From Raillietiella orientalis (Eukaryota), in contig JAYWIR010000003.1 in NCBI GenBank assembly GCA_036172245.1, forward strand, positions 4,588,001 to 4,652,000: a stretch of 64,000 nt of DNA, written 5' to 3'. A program made the position numbers and the translations under genes. Of this stretch, positions 24,201 through 36,760 are shown piece after piece (the first letter of the stretch is position 1; each line of letters opens with the position of its first letter). A model generated the notes under the pieces. The model saw only the letters and a program-made list of their open reading frames with translations. It made no database searches and had not been told where the DNA came from.

Positions 24201-26470
24201 GAGTCCCCGATGAGCATCTTTCCAAAGTGTCTGGAAACATCTAGTGTCAAATTCTTTTTCCTATGCCAGAGTCCTTCATACAGAAGCTCCTTCGTGTCCG
24301 TACCGACTTCCTTTGCTAGTGAAGAATTTCATGCTTGGTGAGGAGACATCTGGCAAAACCCACCCGCATCATCCACACCTCCTAAAGAACACACAAACAA
24401 GCACGTAGCTTGGACAGCCGAAAGTCGCATTCATCTTCCACGAGGCATCGATTTAAGAGTAACCTGACATTCACAAGTGGACACATCGATTTTAACAGAG
24501 ACAGCATACTCGTCAAAAATGATTTGATAAAATCGCTCAAACGCGCTGGTCTCCAAGCATGTCAATGTGCATGCTCAATGTGTGAAAAGCAACTTTTCGG
24601 TTGCAGCAAACGTGGAAATTACATTGAAAATCTAATCACTTCCAGAGGAACCTCTCTATCATGTAAAACTTTTAGTGCAGTCTTTTTGGAAGATACATCT
24701 TTCGATTTTTGATAAGTGGTTTTCCCAGTTTTCTCTTTCTTTCCAGTCATTTAGCTTCCTTGACTCTGATCTGCAAATCTCTGATTTTCTTTTTATTGGA
24801 TAGGGAAATTCGAAGCTCAATTATTGATGGTATACGAACGCGTTTCCCTGCATTGCCTTTTGAAGTACCTTAGATGAGACAACAGTGCAAAAGTACTGAG
24901 CATGGCAATTCTGTTAGCCCGGGTCTGATTGATGTCTGTGGTGGAGCTGCCTAGTAAAAGGATGGGTTTATGCTTTTGAGTGCAGGGTTTGTTGGCACTG
25001 TAGTAACCGGTAGATTAAAAGAGTTTATGATTTTGTAGGCGAGATAGGCTCGCTTCCAGCGAAGCGGAACAGTCGTAAGGTAGATTGTATCCTTGTTCAA
25101 ATTACGTTGCCAGTACATTGGATTGCGCCAATGTTTACTGGTTCAAAGAGTGCAGGTTAAGTTGTTTTCCTCAGTTTAGAAACGAGCTTCTTGCAGCTGT
25201 TAGCATGACTGCTAACGCTGGTGCTATGTCAAATCCTAATGGCTGGAACAAGTTGCATTGCTTTAGCCGTCTGAGACCAGGGTCATCTCAGTGAATGTTT
25301 TCTATGGGTTTCCTTTGGCTTTTGAAACTTAACTGCGAAAAGCTTGGGAACAAGAGATCAGTTCATGCACCGACTATATCATAAAAATGGGGAGGTATGT
25401 GCGAAGGTCCGCTCGGATTGTAAGCGACTGGTGCCCTGCAGCTCCTGGGAGAATGGGATTGCCCTCTACAAGTGCTAGCGATCCGAACCTTCTTTCCAAA
25501 CATCCGATTCTTACTGCGTGGACGAGCAGCGATGGCATCCTAGCTTTAGTTCTAGTCGGACCCTACGCTATTGTCAGGGGGCATTACTGGTACAAAGTTG
25601 CAAGCTAGGATGCAGGGCGTTATGATTTCGAACTGTATGAATGACGTGGGAAGTACAAAGTTTGTAAATGTGCAGATGAGGGAGGTGATGACCGATGATA
25701 ACCAGGTCGTGATGAACTTGACAGTTCGATGAGAATAGTCCATTCCATTATCAAAGGTATCAAAGTTTTCCAGGTTTTAGTCATAAATGCCTTTAGCAAA
25801 GAGTTCACAAAACACCTAAGAGCATGGCACATCCAAGTGCACAGAAACGGAATATATTTGAAACTGATATATAAAGTATGTTGATGTGCATTCATGTGTA
25901 TTTTTGTCTGTTGTGCATAGTTTTTTACTTGTAGGACCTATAGTCATAGTATTCTCTGTGTAAGCTTTATTAGCTTATTGTGATTTCACTGTTTACACTA
26001 TAATAGATTGCAATTCATGAGCCAGGGTAAACCTGAATGTAACCGGAGTCCCTTTTATTCCAATCCTGAATGCTTATGGTGTTGTTAGGAAGTTCATACT
26101 TACAGTCCCCTCCTTAAGGCGATGTTGGCTGTGGGACCACAGGAAGAAGTCTAGGAGAAGATTGGAAATCTATTGGCCTCCAGAGGTGTGCTCTTTCAGA
26201 GTTTGATTGTTGGACAGGGGCATAGTCCGTAGTGTAGTTGCTTGTGACTGGACAGAGAAGTGCTGAAGGAACATTCTTTTTTTGTCTCCAGTACAAAATT
26301 CCCTCTGTCTACCCAACTGCCAGACCCTGTTGTGATACCACTGAAGAAAGGCTGAAAACATCCTTGCTCTGTTGGTTCACCACTACTTGTGTTTGCCAGA
26401 TAGCAGCCAAGATATGGAGCAGATGCAGAATAATCATTACAGATCCTTTAGATGCTTCTTCTGGAATCCC

Positions 26471-26532
26471 TGCTCAAGGAATCTCATGCTCTGTGTTCCA
26501 CAAGGAACACAGAGCATGAGATTCCTTGAGCA
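26471..26532. repeat. Perfect inverted repeat, 29-bp arms, 4-nt loop
   Basis: tgctcaaggaatctcatgctctgtgttcc-acaa-ggaacacagagcatgagattccttgagca; the arms are exact reverse complements. Confidence 0.98.
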
Positions 26533-26814
26533 CTTCCCTCCCCATCTCGAACATCCTGCTCTAATGGGCTCTGCACATGCAGGTGGTCCTCCTTGATGTT
26601 CACCCATGCAAGTTCAGAGAATTACAAAAAAGTTGTTCCTGTTTTCATGAATAAAGTTGCCTGACATGCATTTTCAATTTGTTTATTGATTCCAAAAACA
26701 GGAAACAAACAGAAAGGCATGCTGATATCACGTAGAAAATTTTGGGTGGAATTCAAAACCATTTTCAGAAGTTTCTTCAAAAGATTGCTTGCATTGGTAG
26801 ATAAAAAGCAGTTA

Positions 26815-29800
26815 TTAATCCTCAAAGTTCTGGGAAAGCAAAAAATTGGCGGCCAGATTTTCGTTTTTCTCACAGGCAAAGTAGGCCTGGATGACCATAT
26901 GCTCTGAGAAACCCAATGCTTTTAGCTAGAAGAGGAAAAAAATTCTGCAATTGTGGTTGAAGTGTTTAAATTTTACCCTCTCAATAGCATCTCTATCTTG
27001 AGCAGTCATCTGAATCACGTTGGAATTCAGTGAAGGATTGCTTCCATTTTCTGGAGTATTAGATGCTGGTGGAGCCCCAGCAGGTTCATTCAGCATGCGT
27101 ACAAACGCTTCTTGGTTCTGAGAAATAACTTGCAGAAGCTGGGGATTGGTTTGCCCAATCTGCTGTAGCACCAAATTTAACATTTGTGGATTCTGTTGAA
27201 TAAGCTGCCTCATCTGCTGGAACTGTGGCTGATTGCGAAGGAAACCCAACGGATCATCTAAAGAAAATAGGGAATGAATCTAACCAATAAAAAATCAATT
27301 TACCTTCACTTTCTTGTTCTTGAGCATCAGGTTGATTTGGGATAGAAGAAGATGATTCATCAAGATTGACATCTGGGATGCCTACTAACAAGTACTCCAC
27401 AGCTCGATCAGGATTGTTAAAGCTAGCTCTTAATGCTTCCTCAACCTGTGCACGCTCATAGCCCATGTCTACAATGTTCTGAACCATCTGGTTATATTCT
27501 TCACCCATCAATAAAGTCTCTTCAGCAGCCATCAGTGTGTCAATTGGTGATCTGTAACAACACATCATGCAACAACAACAGTATTAATTGACCTGGCACA
27601 TGAAGATTCTGAACAAATGGGAGTATGAGTGGAAGGCACTTCTGGGACTGGATGCATCTTGATTTCTTCTGTTGCTGTGCCAGCTGCTGAAGTCTCCTGA
27701 GGAGCTGCATTGGCTTTCTGCTTGGTAACCATGATCACCACAAACTTGTTCTCATCAATGTTGTAATCACTTATATGACTGTCATCCTTGAGAATTTTTC
27801 CTAGAAGATGACATTAGATTAATAAACTGTACCAAACAAAGAATCATACAAAAAGGAAGCATCCCATTTTGCAGTTCTGTGAACACCAAATTTCTGAAAC
27901 TGCAGAGAATAACAAACACTACAAATTCAATACAATTAATGAAAGAATATTATCAACACAATATCATGAAACACAATATATAAGTTTGAAATCAAATATG
28001 CTACATGCATTTGATTTTCAATTTCAATTCTTTTCGTCTGCTTAAGCATTTCATTTTAAGCACTGCATTCAGTGTGACTATGAATTCAATCACAAATACA
28101 AAAACTTTGTACATGCACACAATTTTCATTATTTCAAAGAAGAAAAAAAAAAACTCTTCATGAATATGAAAATTCCCACTGAATCATATAGCAAATGAAT
28201 GAAAAAGAAAAAGGAAGCATAAGTATAAAAAGCACACAATATCTGCTATGCTGCTTGACCACACACTTGTCAAAAATTAGCAACTCAAACAAGTAAAACA
28301 ACACAGCAACAAAACCAAAAAAAAGACTTGCACAAAAAAGTAAATCATTTTCCTGACACGCATCATTATGTTTACACATTCTTTCAATTTTATTGTAAAT
28401 CACAGAGACAATTCTCAATGCTTGTGAATTGAGAATTGCATAATGACTGCTGTGCACAACTGTCATCAGCTTCTGATGCTGTTAATATCAAAAGTTGCTC
28501 CTTGCAATTTGAAAATTTCCTGACTTCCTATCATCAATTTTTCTATAGATGAAAAGACATTTAGTTCCTTGAAAATATTCCCACACCATGCTGCAAAGCA
28601 TTGAAATAAAACAAAATGCCACTTCCATTATTTACACATTGTAATCCAATAACATAACTCAAACAATACAGATTTTTTCTCTAGATACATCACTTTTCAA
28701 ACCAATTCATAGCTACACCTGAATTAAAACCAGATTGGTTCAAACCATCTCATTATCAGCAAAACTGCATCTTATAAAGAGTACCACTCATGAACACTTT
28801 GGTATCAGTGACATTCACACTAGCTATTTGCATAACACTATGCAGCTTTTAAATCTTGGGCATCCAATGATCTCAAAATTTTCAACACAAGTTTTAGAAT
28901 AATTGTTATTGAATACATGAATTCATATATGAATTACACAGCAATGACTATAAATGCATTTACACAAGTAGTTGAATACAGACATTCAAGTTAGTCAAAT
29001 AAGAAATTTACAAACCAAACAGATTTAATTCCACTGATGTCTTCCATACTATTTACTGTCCATCCATTCTGAGTAATAGGAAATCATGTCTTACCTTTTT
29101 GACAAATTATTTCCTACCATCCTTATCTGAACCACATTCATACCCATTATGCAAATATGTACACATAAGAACGCTTTGCACCGACTTGTGATTAGTAAGT
29201 CAGCTCATATTTGTTTCCCCCCCATGTAAAAACATAATCTCACGTACACGATTTTTACACACAACTACTTATACACCTTGCAGTCATCCAATTCGCTTTA
29301 AAACTAATTTGCAATTACCGAATGAAGTCCTAATTTAAACAAATGTTCAAAGATTCCGGTTTCTAAGTGTACACGTGAATAGTCACGTGTATACTTGGCA
29401 TTCAGAAGTTTCTTCCTATTTTTACACATTGTTTAAAATACAAATCTCTAATCAGAGTAAACTCTATGAATGATCTCAATTTGAGAGAAGGATAAAGATG
29501 GTAAACGTTCACCAAGGCATCTTATGTAAAAATACTAATAATGAATACTAGAGGTCTTAATAAAAACGAGTAAGTTAAATGAAACTTGGAGAGTCGAACA
29601 ATGATAGCAATTTGAAAACCAGCTTCGACCCATTATGCAGAAATACAAAAATGGATGTGATAAAAAAATTGAAACCATTTCTTACCCGAATATATGAGTT
29701 TCTGACAATTTGCAGGATAATCTTTCCCTTTCATTGTTTCTATTTTCTCTTTAAGTAATTGAACCTAAATGAAAACAAACAATCTGTCTTCAACAATTAC

Positions 29801-29895
29801 AGAAGCATTTCTACTTAAATCTTGCTTACCGTTGAACTTGGATCAATTTCAACTTCAAAAGATTCCTGTTGTAAGCTTCTTAATGTAATTTTCAT
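26815..29895 (-). CDS. RAD23: RAD23 UV excision repair / ubiquitin shuttle protein (UBL-UBA-STI1-UBA); introns 29765-29829, 27801-29685, 27552-27592, 27258-27303, 26926-26976
   Basis: [18 protein letters not shown]...[13 protein letters not shown]...[107 protein letters not shown] on minus at 26682-26687. Confidence 0.97.
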
Positions 29896-30968
29896 TGTAA
29901 CGATCTAGATAGTGCTTTTCATTTAAAATATCACGATTTCATTAATACAATGAGAACGATGTAACGTTTTATACACTCCGTCATGAGGACGACATGTAAA
30001 AAAATTTTTTTAAGATACTGAATTATAGCATAGGAAGTCTTTCGATTGAGAAATTAAACGAAGTACTCCTATCTGTTTCTAGAACAGTCCTGAAACAAAT
30101 GCTGATCTTCAATTATGGCTTTACAACTTATTCTGATTACCACGAACGTTGTTTGAAAACTTGCTTTTGAGAGTACTGTTTGCACTAGTAATGGTAAACA
30201 CGGTAATCGGCAGTTTCGTCATGCATCGAATCACGGAGTCGGCTACAAATTTACTGTGAGTTTCGCAAGACACGAAACACACCGACACATTTCACAGAAC
30301 ATATTCACTATTATCCTGGTGATTCCCAATTTCCGCATCGCAATATTCGCATCGCTTCCCACACACGAACGAACGTAGCCTCCAAGCGTGCTTTCACACA
30401 TTCGCCATTTTGCTGGCCGTCCCCGGTGCAGTCCTCGCGTTTTGCCACACCGCACGGTTATATAAAGTTCCACCCCCCTGTGAACTCGGGTCCCCAATGC
30501 ACTCCAGCTGGCCTCCCTCAGCTTCTTGAAACCCGGCCACCGAGGCCACGGCGTCTGAAACCCGGAAAAAGACACGTCCCGTGCATTCCTACGAGCTGCT
30601 GAAAATTCTGAAAATCTCGGGTCCTTTTTTTTTTTTCCCCTCGTAAACGAATCAAAGGGTATAAATAATTTATCAAGACGAGGCGGCGCATCTGGAGATA
30701 GAGATCCGTTTCCTAATGCTCTCAGAAGATGATGAAATGCTGTTTTTCCTTTTCGTCCTCACAGTAGTCATCCCGCCCATGCGAAGCAACCGATTTTTCA
30801 ACCTTCCCGCAAATAGGGAAACGCCCAAAATTTTCATCAGTTTCGTGAATTAGGGTTTGTCGAGTCCTTTCCTACGCTTTCCTACCCCATACCTATCATT
30901 CAACGGCTTCAAATTTCCTGAGGAATTTTTCCCCCCTTCAATAAAACTCGACAAAGAGTTTGTTTCTT

Positions 30969-30999
<31 letters not shown>

Positions 31000-33900
31000 G
31001 AAGAAGAAACTCTCGAGTCTATAATGAGAAACGAGCTGTTACATTACTACTGACTTCTTATTGATGACATATGCAACAAGAATTGGTCTCAGGCTTGATG
31101 GCCCCACGTCATTATGGATACCTTGGGACAATTTTCAAATTTTCCTCGTTGGAAATCAGCTCGTGTGTTGATATATTTGTAAACACTGTATGCATTGATA
31201 TCACAGTGTAATACGTTTTCTCAATCGACAATTAATTTGCACTCCGAGAATACTCCCACGCCCGTACAAGTTCATCGAAAACTTCCCATCAGCCTCACCG
31301 AGGTGCAACGTCCACCTTCATGGATCCTTTTGCTCCCTCTTTGCAGATTTACGTTGCCGTGTTCACGCAATTCCCATCTGCTTTGTCCACAAAATGCACC
31401 TCCAAACAAAAGAATACACAGAGCTGCATTGCAGAGGTGTTCCCTATAAGCTTGCAAAGTATTCTCGTTAAATCCCACTGATTTACAGCATTGATGGCAT
31501 TTTCCATGCAGTTCGCAGGCAAACTCGAAAATTTGAAGGCGATCCTCACAGATTCCTTCTGCTACCAACCCGATATCGAGTAGTCATGCTGATATCATTA
31601 GCATCCACGAATAAGCATGTCCATAATTTTTTTCCCTAGCTTCCATTATTTGGTTAGAAAGTTTGGGTGAATAATTGTTTAATTGAGTTCTCGCTCATGC
31701 TTCTGGAAGTGTCGTTTTGGAAACTGATCTATGCATCATCAAAATAAGCCATGATTATCGAAATTATGAAATCATCCACTGAAGTATGTGAATGTACTAA
31801 AGGTTGATATTGATATACTGGTTGTTCTGGATGGATGTTCAAATTGGAATTCAGATCGTTACTTTGAAGTTAATATGTGGCAAAGGTTCCTTTATTTTCT
31901 ACAATCCACGTTGCAGCTACTTCCGGTGCTTTAGAGACATCTCAGACTGTTTTCAATGTGTCAGTCAAACTGACAAAGGCAGAATGCTTGAAACCACAAA
32001 TTTACAATGCAAATTATCACAAGGACTGACAGAATACTTTTTTTCGGAATAATCCTCTTTATCCTGTTTCCTTTCTTTTCTTTCAATTGCATTTTCTTCA
32101 GAACATACATCTGTTGAACATACATAATCAAGGTTTCATTAACCATTTTCAACGCATTCTATTCAAACTATCTCATTCAGAATAACGAACAGAAGCATTT
32201 AAAGAGGTTCGAACTGCTGATTCTTTTATGATCTCTTCCCCACTTCTCTGATCTTTATGTTTTTGTCAGACCTACTTAAAAACAGTTAACATGTGGCAAA
32301 TTTGCAGTTGGTTCCCGAGTGAAAAGGTAGTTGTTTTTTTGTCTCACAGAATGTTGATTTATAGTCAGTGGAATACCATAACAGTGTGTTTGCAATTGAT
32401 AAGCATCCTAAAAAAACATTTACTGCTTATGATCACATCTTTTCACATGCCCATTCATCTTGAGTTTACGCGACTGAAAAAATCTAATAGTCAGTCATAT
32501 TTCCCCCCCTATAAATCTGGCAAGGAGGTTTGCAGAATGGGAGTGCAGGTTTATTCAAGCGTTCAAAGATGGATCCTAAGATGAGATTTCGAATGCGTGC
32601 AAGTCCAAATGATACTCATTGAAAATCTTGCCATCTTCACATTGCATGCATTTTTTTTTTTTCACCTGCTATTCAACACTTGTTCCACAAGGTTTTCTGT
32701 TTTTGAAATTTCTGATACACAGTGTACCAGAAATTTCTATAATTCGTAGAAACACCGTGGGCTGTGTTAAAATTTAGGCACCACTCTCCAAGATTTGTCT
32801 CAGAAGAGCATGGTTCGCAGTTTTGAATCTTTTAAACAGATCAAGCATGAGTCAATGCATGGTTTGGGGAATCCCAACCATCCTCCTGAAAAGGATAATT
32901 TCAAGAAAAAGTTGGAGATCTTCGATGGTGGAAGTATGTCGCTTCGAAAAGTGAGGGAGGGAAACTTGTTCAAAGTGAGCGTCAGAGTAGTTAACCATCC
33001 AACCATGAGGTATGAGTAAAAAAAAGAAAAACACTCAGGACAGTTTGAAGTATTTTAGCAAGTGCTATACCCGAATACTATACTCTAGCTAGTGCTATAC
33101 TCTTGCGCTGCAGATCATGGTCCTAATTTGAGAATTTAATTTTGAGTTTTGGAAGTGTAGGCATATACATATACGTTTGAAATTATGAGAAATCCTGGAT
33201 TGAAAGATCACCTTACACACAAAAAGAAAACTGCTTTACTAACTTATAAATTTTGTGACAAAAGTTGCAATTTTTGATATTTTAAACTGCAAAAGAAATG
33301 ACTTGAGATTGACCAAAGAACAAAAACTAGATTACCATTCAAAGAAATAAAATGTCAATCGCCAGTGTACATTGGCATAATGAAGTGAGACATGGCCTAG
33401 TCAAAATGGTGAGACTTCATTTTCGGATCTCATTACATGGGCAAACTTCTTTGCATATCAACTGATTACAGACGCAGTCTTTGCCCTCAAAAAGCTTTTT
33501 TGATCGGTCTCAGGCTTTGATGGGAGCACTGCGCTTCCCCATTAGGGAACCATTTTGAAACTTCATAGCGCATACAGAGAGAAATGTTTTGAATTCCCAC
33601 AATGCTGCTTTCATTTTAAATTGCAAATGTTTACCGATTTAAGGGTGGTTCATTCCACGTAATACGTAACTAAGCTTTCCATTCACCAATGCATCGTATT
33701 CGTTAATGGTGTATAACCTAACATGGAGTAATGGCGGAACACACGCCAATTCGTTCGGGGTTCCCTGCTTTCAATCACTATGCTTTGAACGCACAGCAGT
33801 GAAGTTACCACATTTGCAATGCATTTATTAACCCACTTTTCTCATCGGAAGATTCCGTACCAGATGTGTGCGCGTGTTTTTTTTGGTCCCTGTTTACATT

Positions 33901-36279
33901 CCTTCATTTGTTTCACACTTTTGTGCAAGTTGGCTCCCTTTGGCAAACGCTGGACTCCTTAGAAAATACGTGTTGCGATTATTTAATCAAAATTCAGTAT
34001 GCTGTGTGATGCACAAAGTGTTTCGAACAATTTCTCAAGTATTTTCTCATCTTTCACGTTAAACCTTGCTAAACACCAGAGTTGTGGCAAATGACAAACT
34101 TTGATCCGCTATCACATTACAGGATGCATAAAGCAATTGGAATTCATGTTATCGTGTTTCCTCTTAAATTTATGTTAGGCTTTCATGAACACCACGCGTG
34201 AAGAAAAATTTTGCAACCATCCTTTCACAAATAACGTAGCTTCCTTTCTGTTCTTGTTAAGGCATCGCCCTCTCCCCAATTTGATTATTTTCCGAGTGCT
34301 GTTCGCATACATTATTATTAAAGTGTATCAGATGGTTTCTGAACAAAAGATTCAATATGATCTTTTGCAGAAAGTTTTGAAAAAGCACATGTCACTGATC
34401 TATATGTATACATATGATGCATTTGGGCTGTTCAAAAAGATAGTGACTTCTAAGCCACTGAATATTGCAACCCTTTATCAAACATTCAAACACTTTATTG
34501 TATTGGAACATTATGAGTAACTAGCAACATAATTTGGAGTCAAGGAAAAACACAAATATTTTAGTACTATATTCACAATTTTCACATACAAGACAGTTTT
34601 CTTTTCAACGTGTTCCATCGAATTTAAAAGTATACAGCTTTAAAACCAAATGAACCAAAATAGAGCCATTATGAAATTACGAAAACTTATAACAGATTTA
34701 ATATCACGAGCATTTTACAAAGACAATCATCAGTCTTAAATTTGAAATACTCATTAGAAGAATGAAAATAAATTCGACTGGGACATGATGCTTTTGCAGT
34801 TTGGTGTTCAGTATCCATTCAATAGCTTCACAAGTTAACAACTCAAAGAATGGGCAAATTATTCATATTATAGCCTCAACAGACCATTACGAAGATTTCT
34901 GAAAAGTACAGCAAAAAAAAAAAAAAAAACTTCCTTGTTTTCTAGCAACACAAGGGCATACACACAATTGGAGCATTGGAATAATCAGAAATTTCATTAG
35001 ATTCAGTCGAGGAAAGTGCTTCTTCCGAGGGTATTCTGTGAAATCTTTTACAAAAGTCGCACACGATTTCCAAGTATATAAAACCAGGTATACGAAAGTT
35101 TACACTGCTGTTAAACAGCTGAAGCTATTTAACTCCACATAAGTTGCAAACTGCAACAACAGTGCACTATTACAACACAATATCCACAATACACACTAAG
35201 ACTACACGATGACTGAATTTTGCAGTAATTTAGCTATTAAGCTAATCTCCAGTGAATACCAATCTGGTGTCATGTTCCAAATTCCAATTCTTTGATGAAA
35301 CCCAATAAATACAAATAAGTTCAGCATAAATTAACCTCCTATTGCAGAAGAACAAAAACACACACACACTGAAGATATTTGTATCAAATGCTCTAGCTAC
35401 CTAATGAAACTAAGTGAAAAAATGCAAACAAAGGATGGAATGATCCTTGAACCAAATAAAAAGTTCATCAACTAGGACTTGAAAACTTCAACTAAAGATA
35501 CGTACATAGAAATATACCTACTAACACTTTGGAATGATTTCACAGATATGTCAAAAACTCCCAACAATATATAACTGCAACCCGGAATCCATCAATCATG
35601 ACTGCAGCAACTCGGATTATGTTTCAAAGCTTTAACCTTTATATAGTTTTGAGTCATCATATCTGAAACTCATAGTTTTTTTCCAGTAAAACAAATGGTT
35701 TCCCAATGACTGAATCCCACATGCCAGTTCTTAGAAAAGTTTACAGCTGCATGAAATTCACTAAGCAAATACTTCCTCAACTCAGAAAGAACAAAGTGCT
35801 TGCTTAAAAAGGTAGCTGCACAACAGTTGCACCATTCCTTTTCCAGGCTTTCTTACCTTGGACTTTAAAAACCTGAGACTTGAATGAACCCTTGCTACTC
35901 AATTCTCAATACATTCAAAGTAATGAACTATTTTGGAAACGGAGGATTGTTAAAATTCTTTGCAATGTCCAAAGGCACTTATCATAAGATAAAACACAAT
36001 GACATGACATTGGCAACGGACTACCGGTCCTTTGCTTGTGAAACTAATAGTCAGTTGCACTACCACTCTTTCCAATCGAAGCCAATCACTTTACAGTGAT
36101 AGGCAAACAGATACTACTAGATCAACGAAAAGCAGGTGAATCTTGTGAGAAAAGGCCTCTGATTATGCCGTGACACTGTGGTGAAGGAACCCGCTTTGTG
36201 GGCCACCTCCGAGTTTTCACTCCAAAATACACCGAGCACGAAATTCGAATCCACAGCTCTCGAAAGCTCGCGAAAGCTA

Positions 36280-36760
36280 TCCATTTGTGTTTCCGGCAGT
36301 GACCTTTTTTCCTTCAGGGACCTCCCCGCCCTTTGACGATTCACCGGGCAACTGGCTTTTCGTGGGCCAAAGCCCTGCCACTCCAGATGATGTTGGTGCC
36401 AACGGCGCTCACGAAAACCCACGTCAAGCCGCCACCCTGCAAGCCGAATCCCCTCAAATGTGTTCACACTCGGCACGGGGGCCACCCACCCCAAGGTGGC
36501 CACGTTTTGGGCAGGTCACCACTCGCAGCAACCGGCCGCCACACACGGACACGGGAATTGCCTTCTCGGGAGCTTTCCACTCGTTCCCCCTCGAACCGGG
36601 GAAGGCACGCACGAAATGCAACGGGATGGAGTCCGTCCACCGTGAATGCAGCAACCACAACCACCACAGACCGCGCCACGCGGAGCAGCCACGCCGCGCG
36701 CCACCCCAGTCGGCGAGGGTTCAACGTATTTTGCGGATCGGAATCATCTTCTAAACTATT
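36280..36760. promoter_or_regulatory. GC/CpG-rich island, putative promoter/first exon of the FoxN gene
   Basis: Isolated GC- and CpG-rich patch in AT-rich DNA, followed by ~3 kb of CpG-poor T-rich sequence ending in the acceptor ttttgtcccag (39797) just before the FoxN ATG. Promoter role is inferred. Confidence 0.45.

Noticed and set aside
25040..25295. Several short adjacent hairpins
   Set aside because: Stems of 5-12 bp with bulges; no known RNA family motif.
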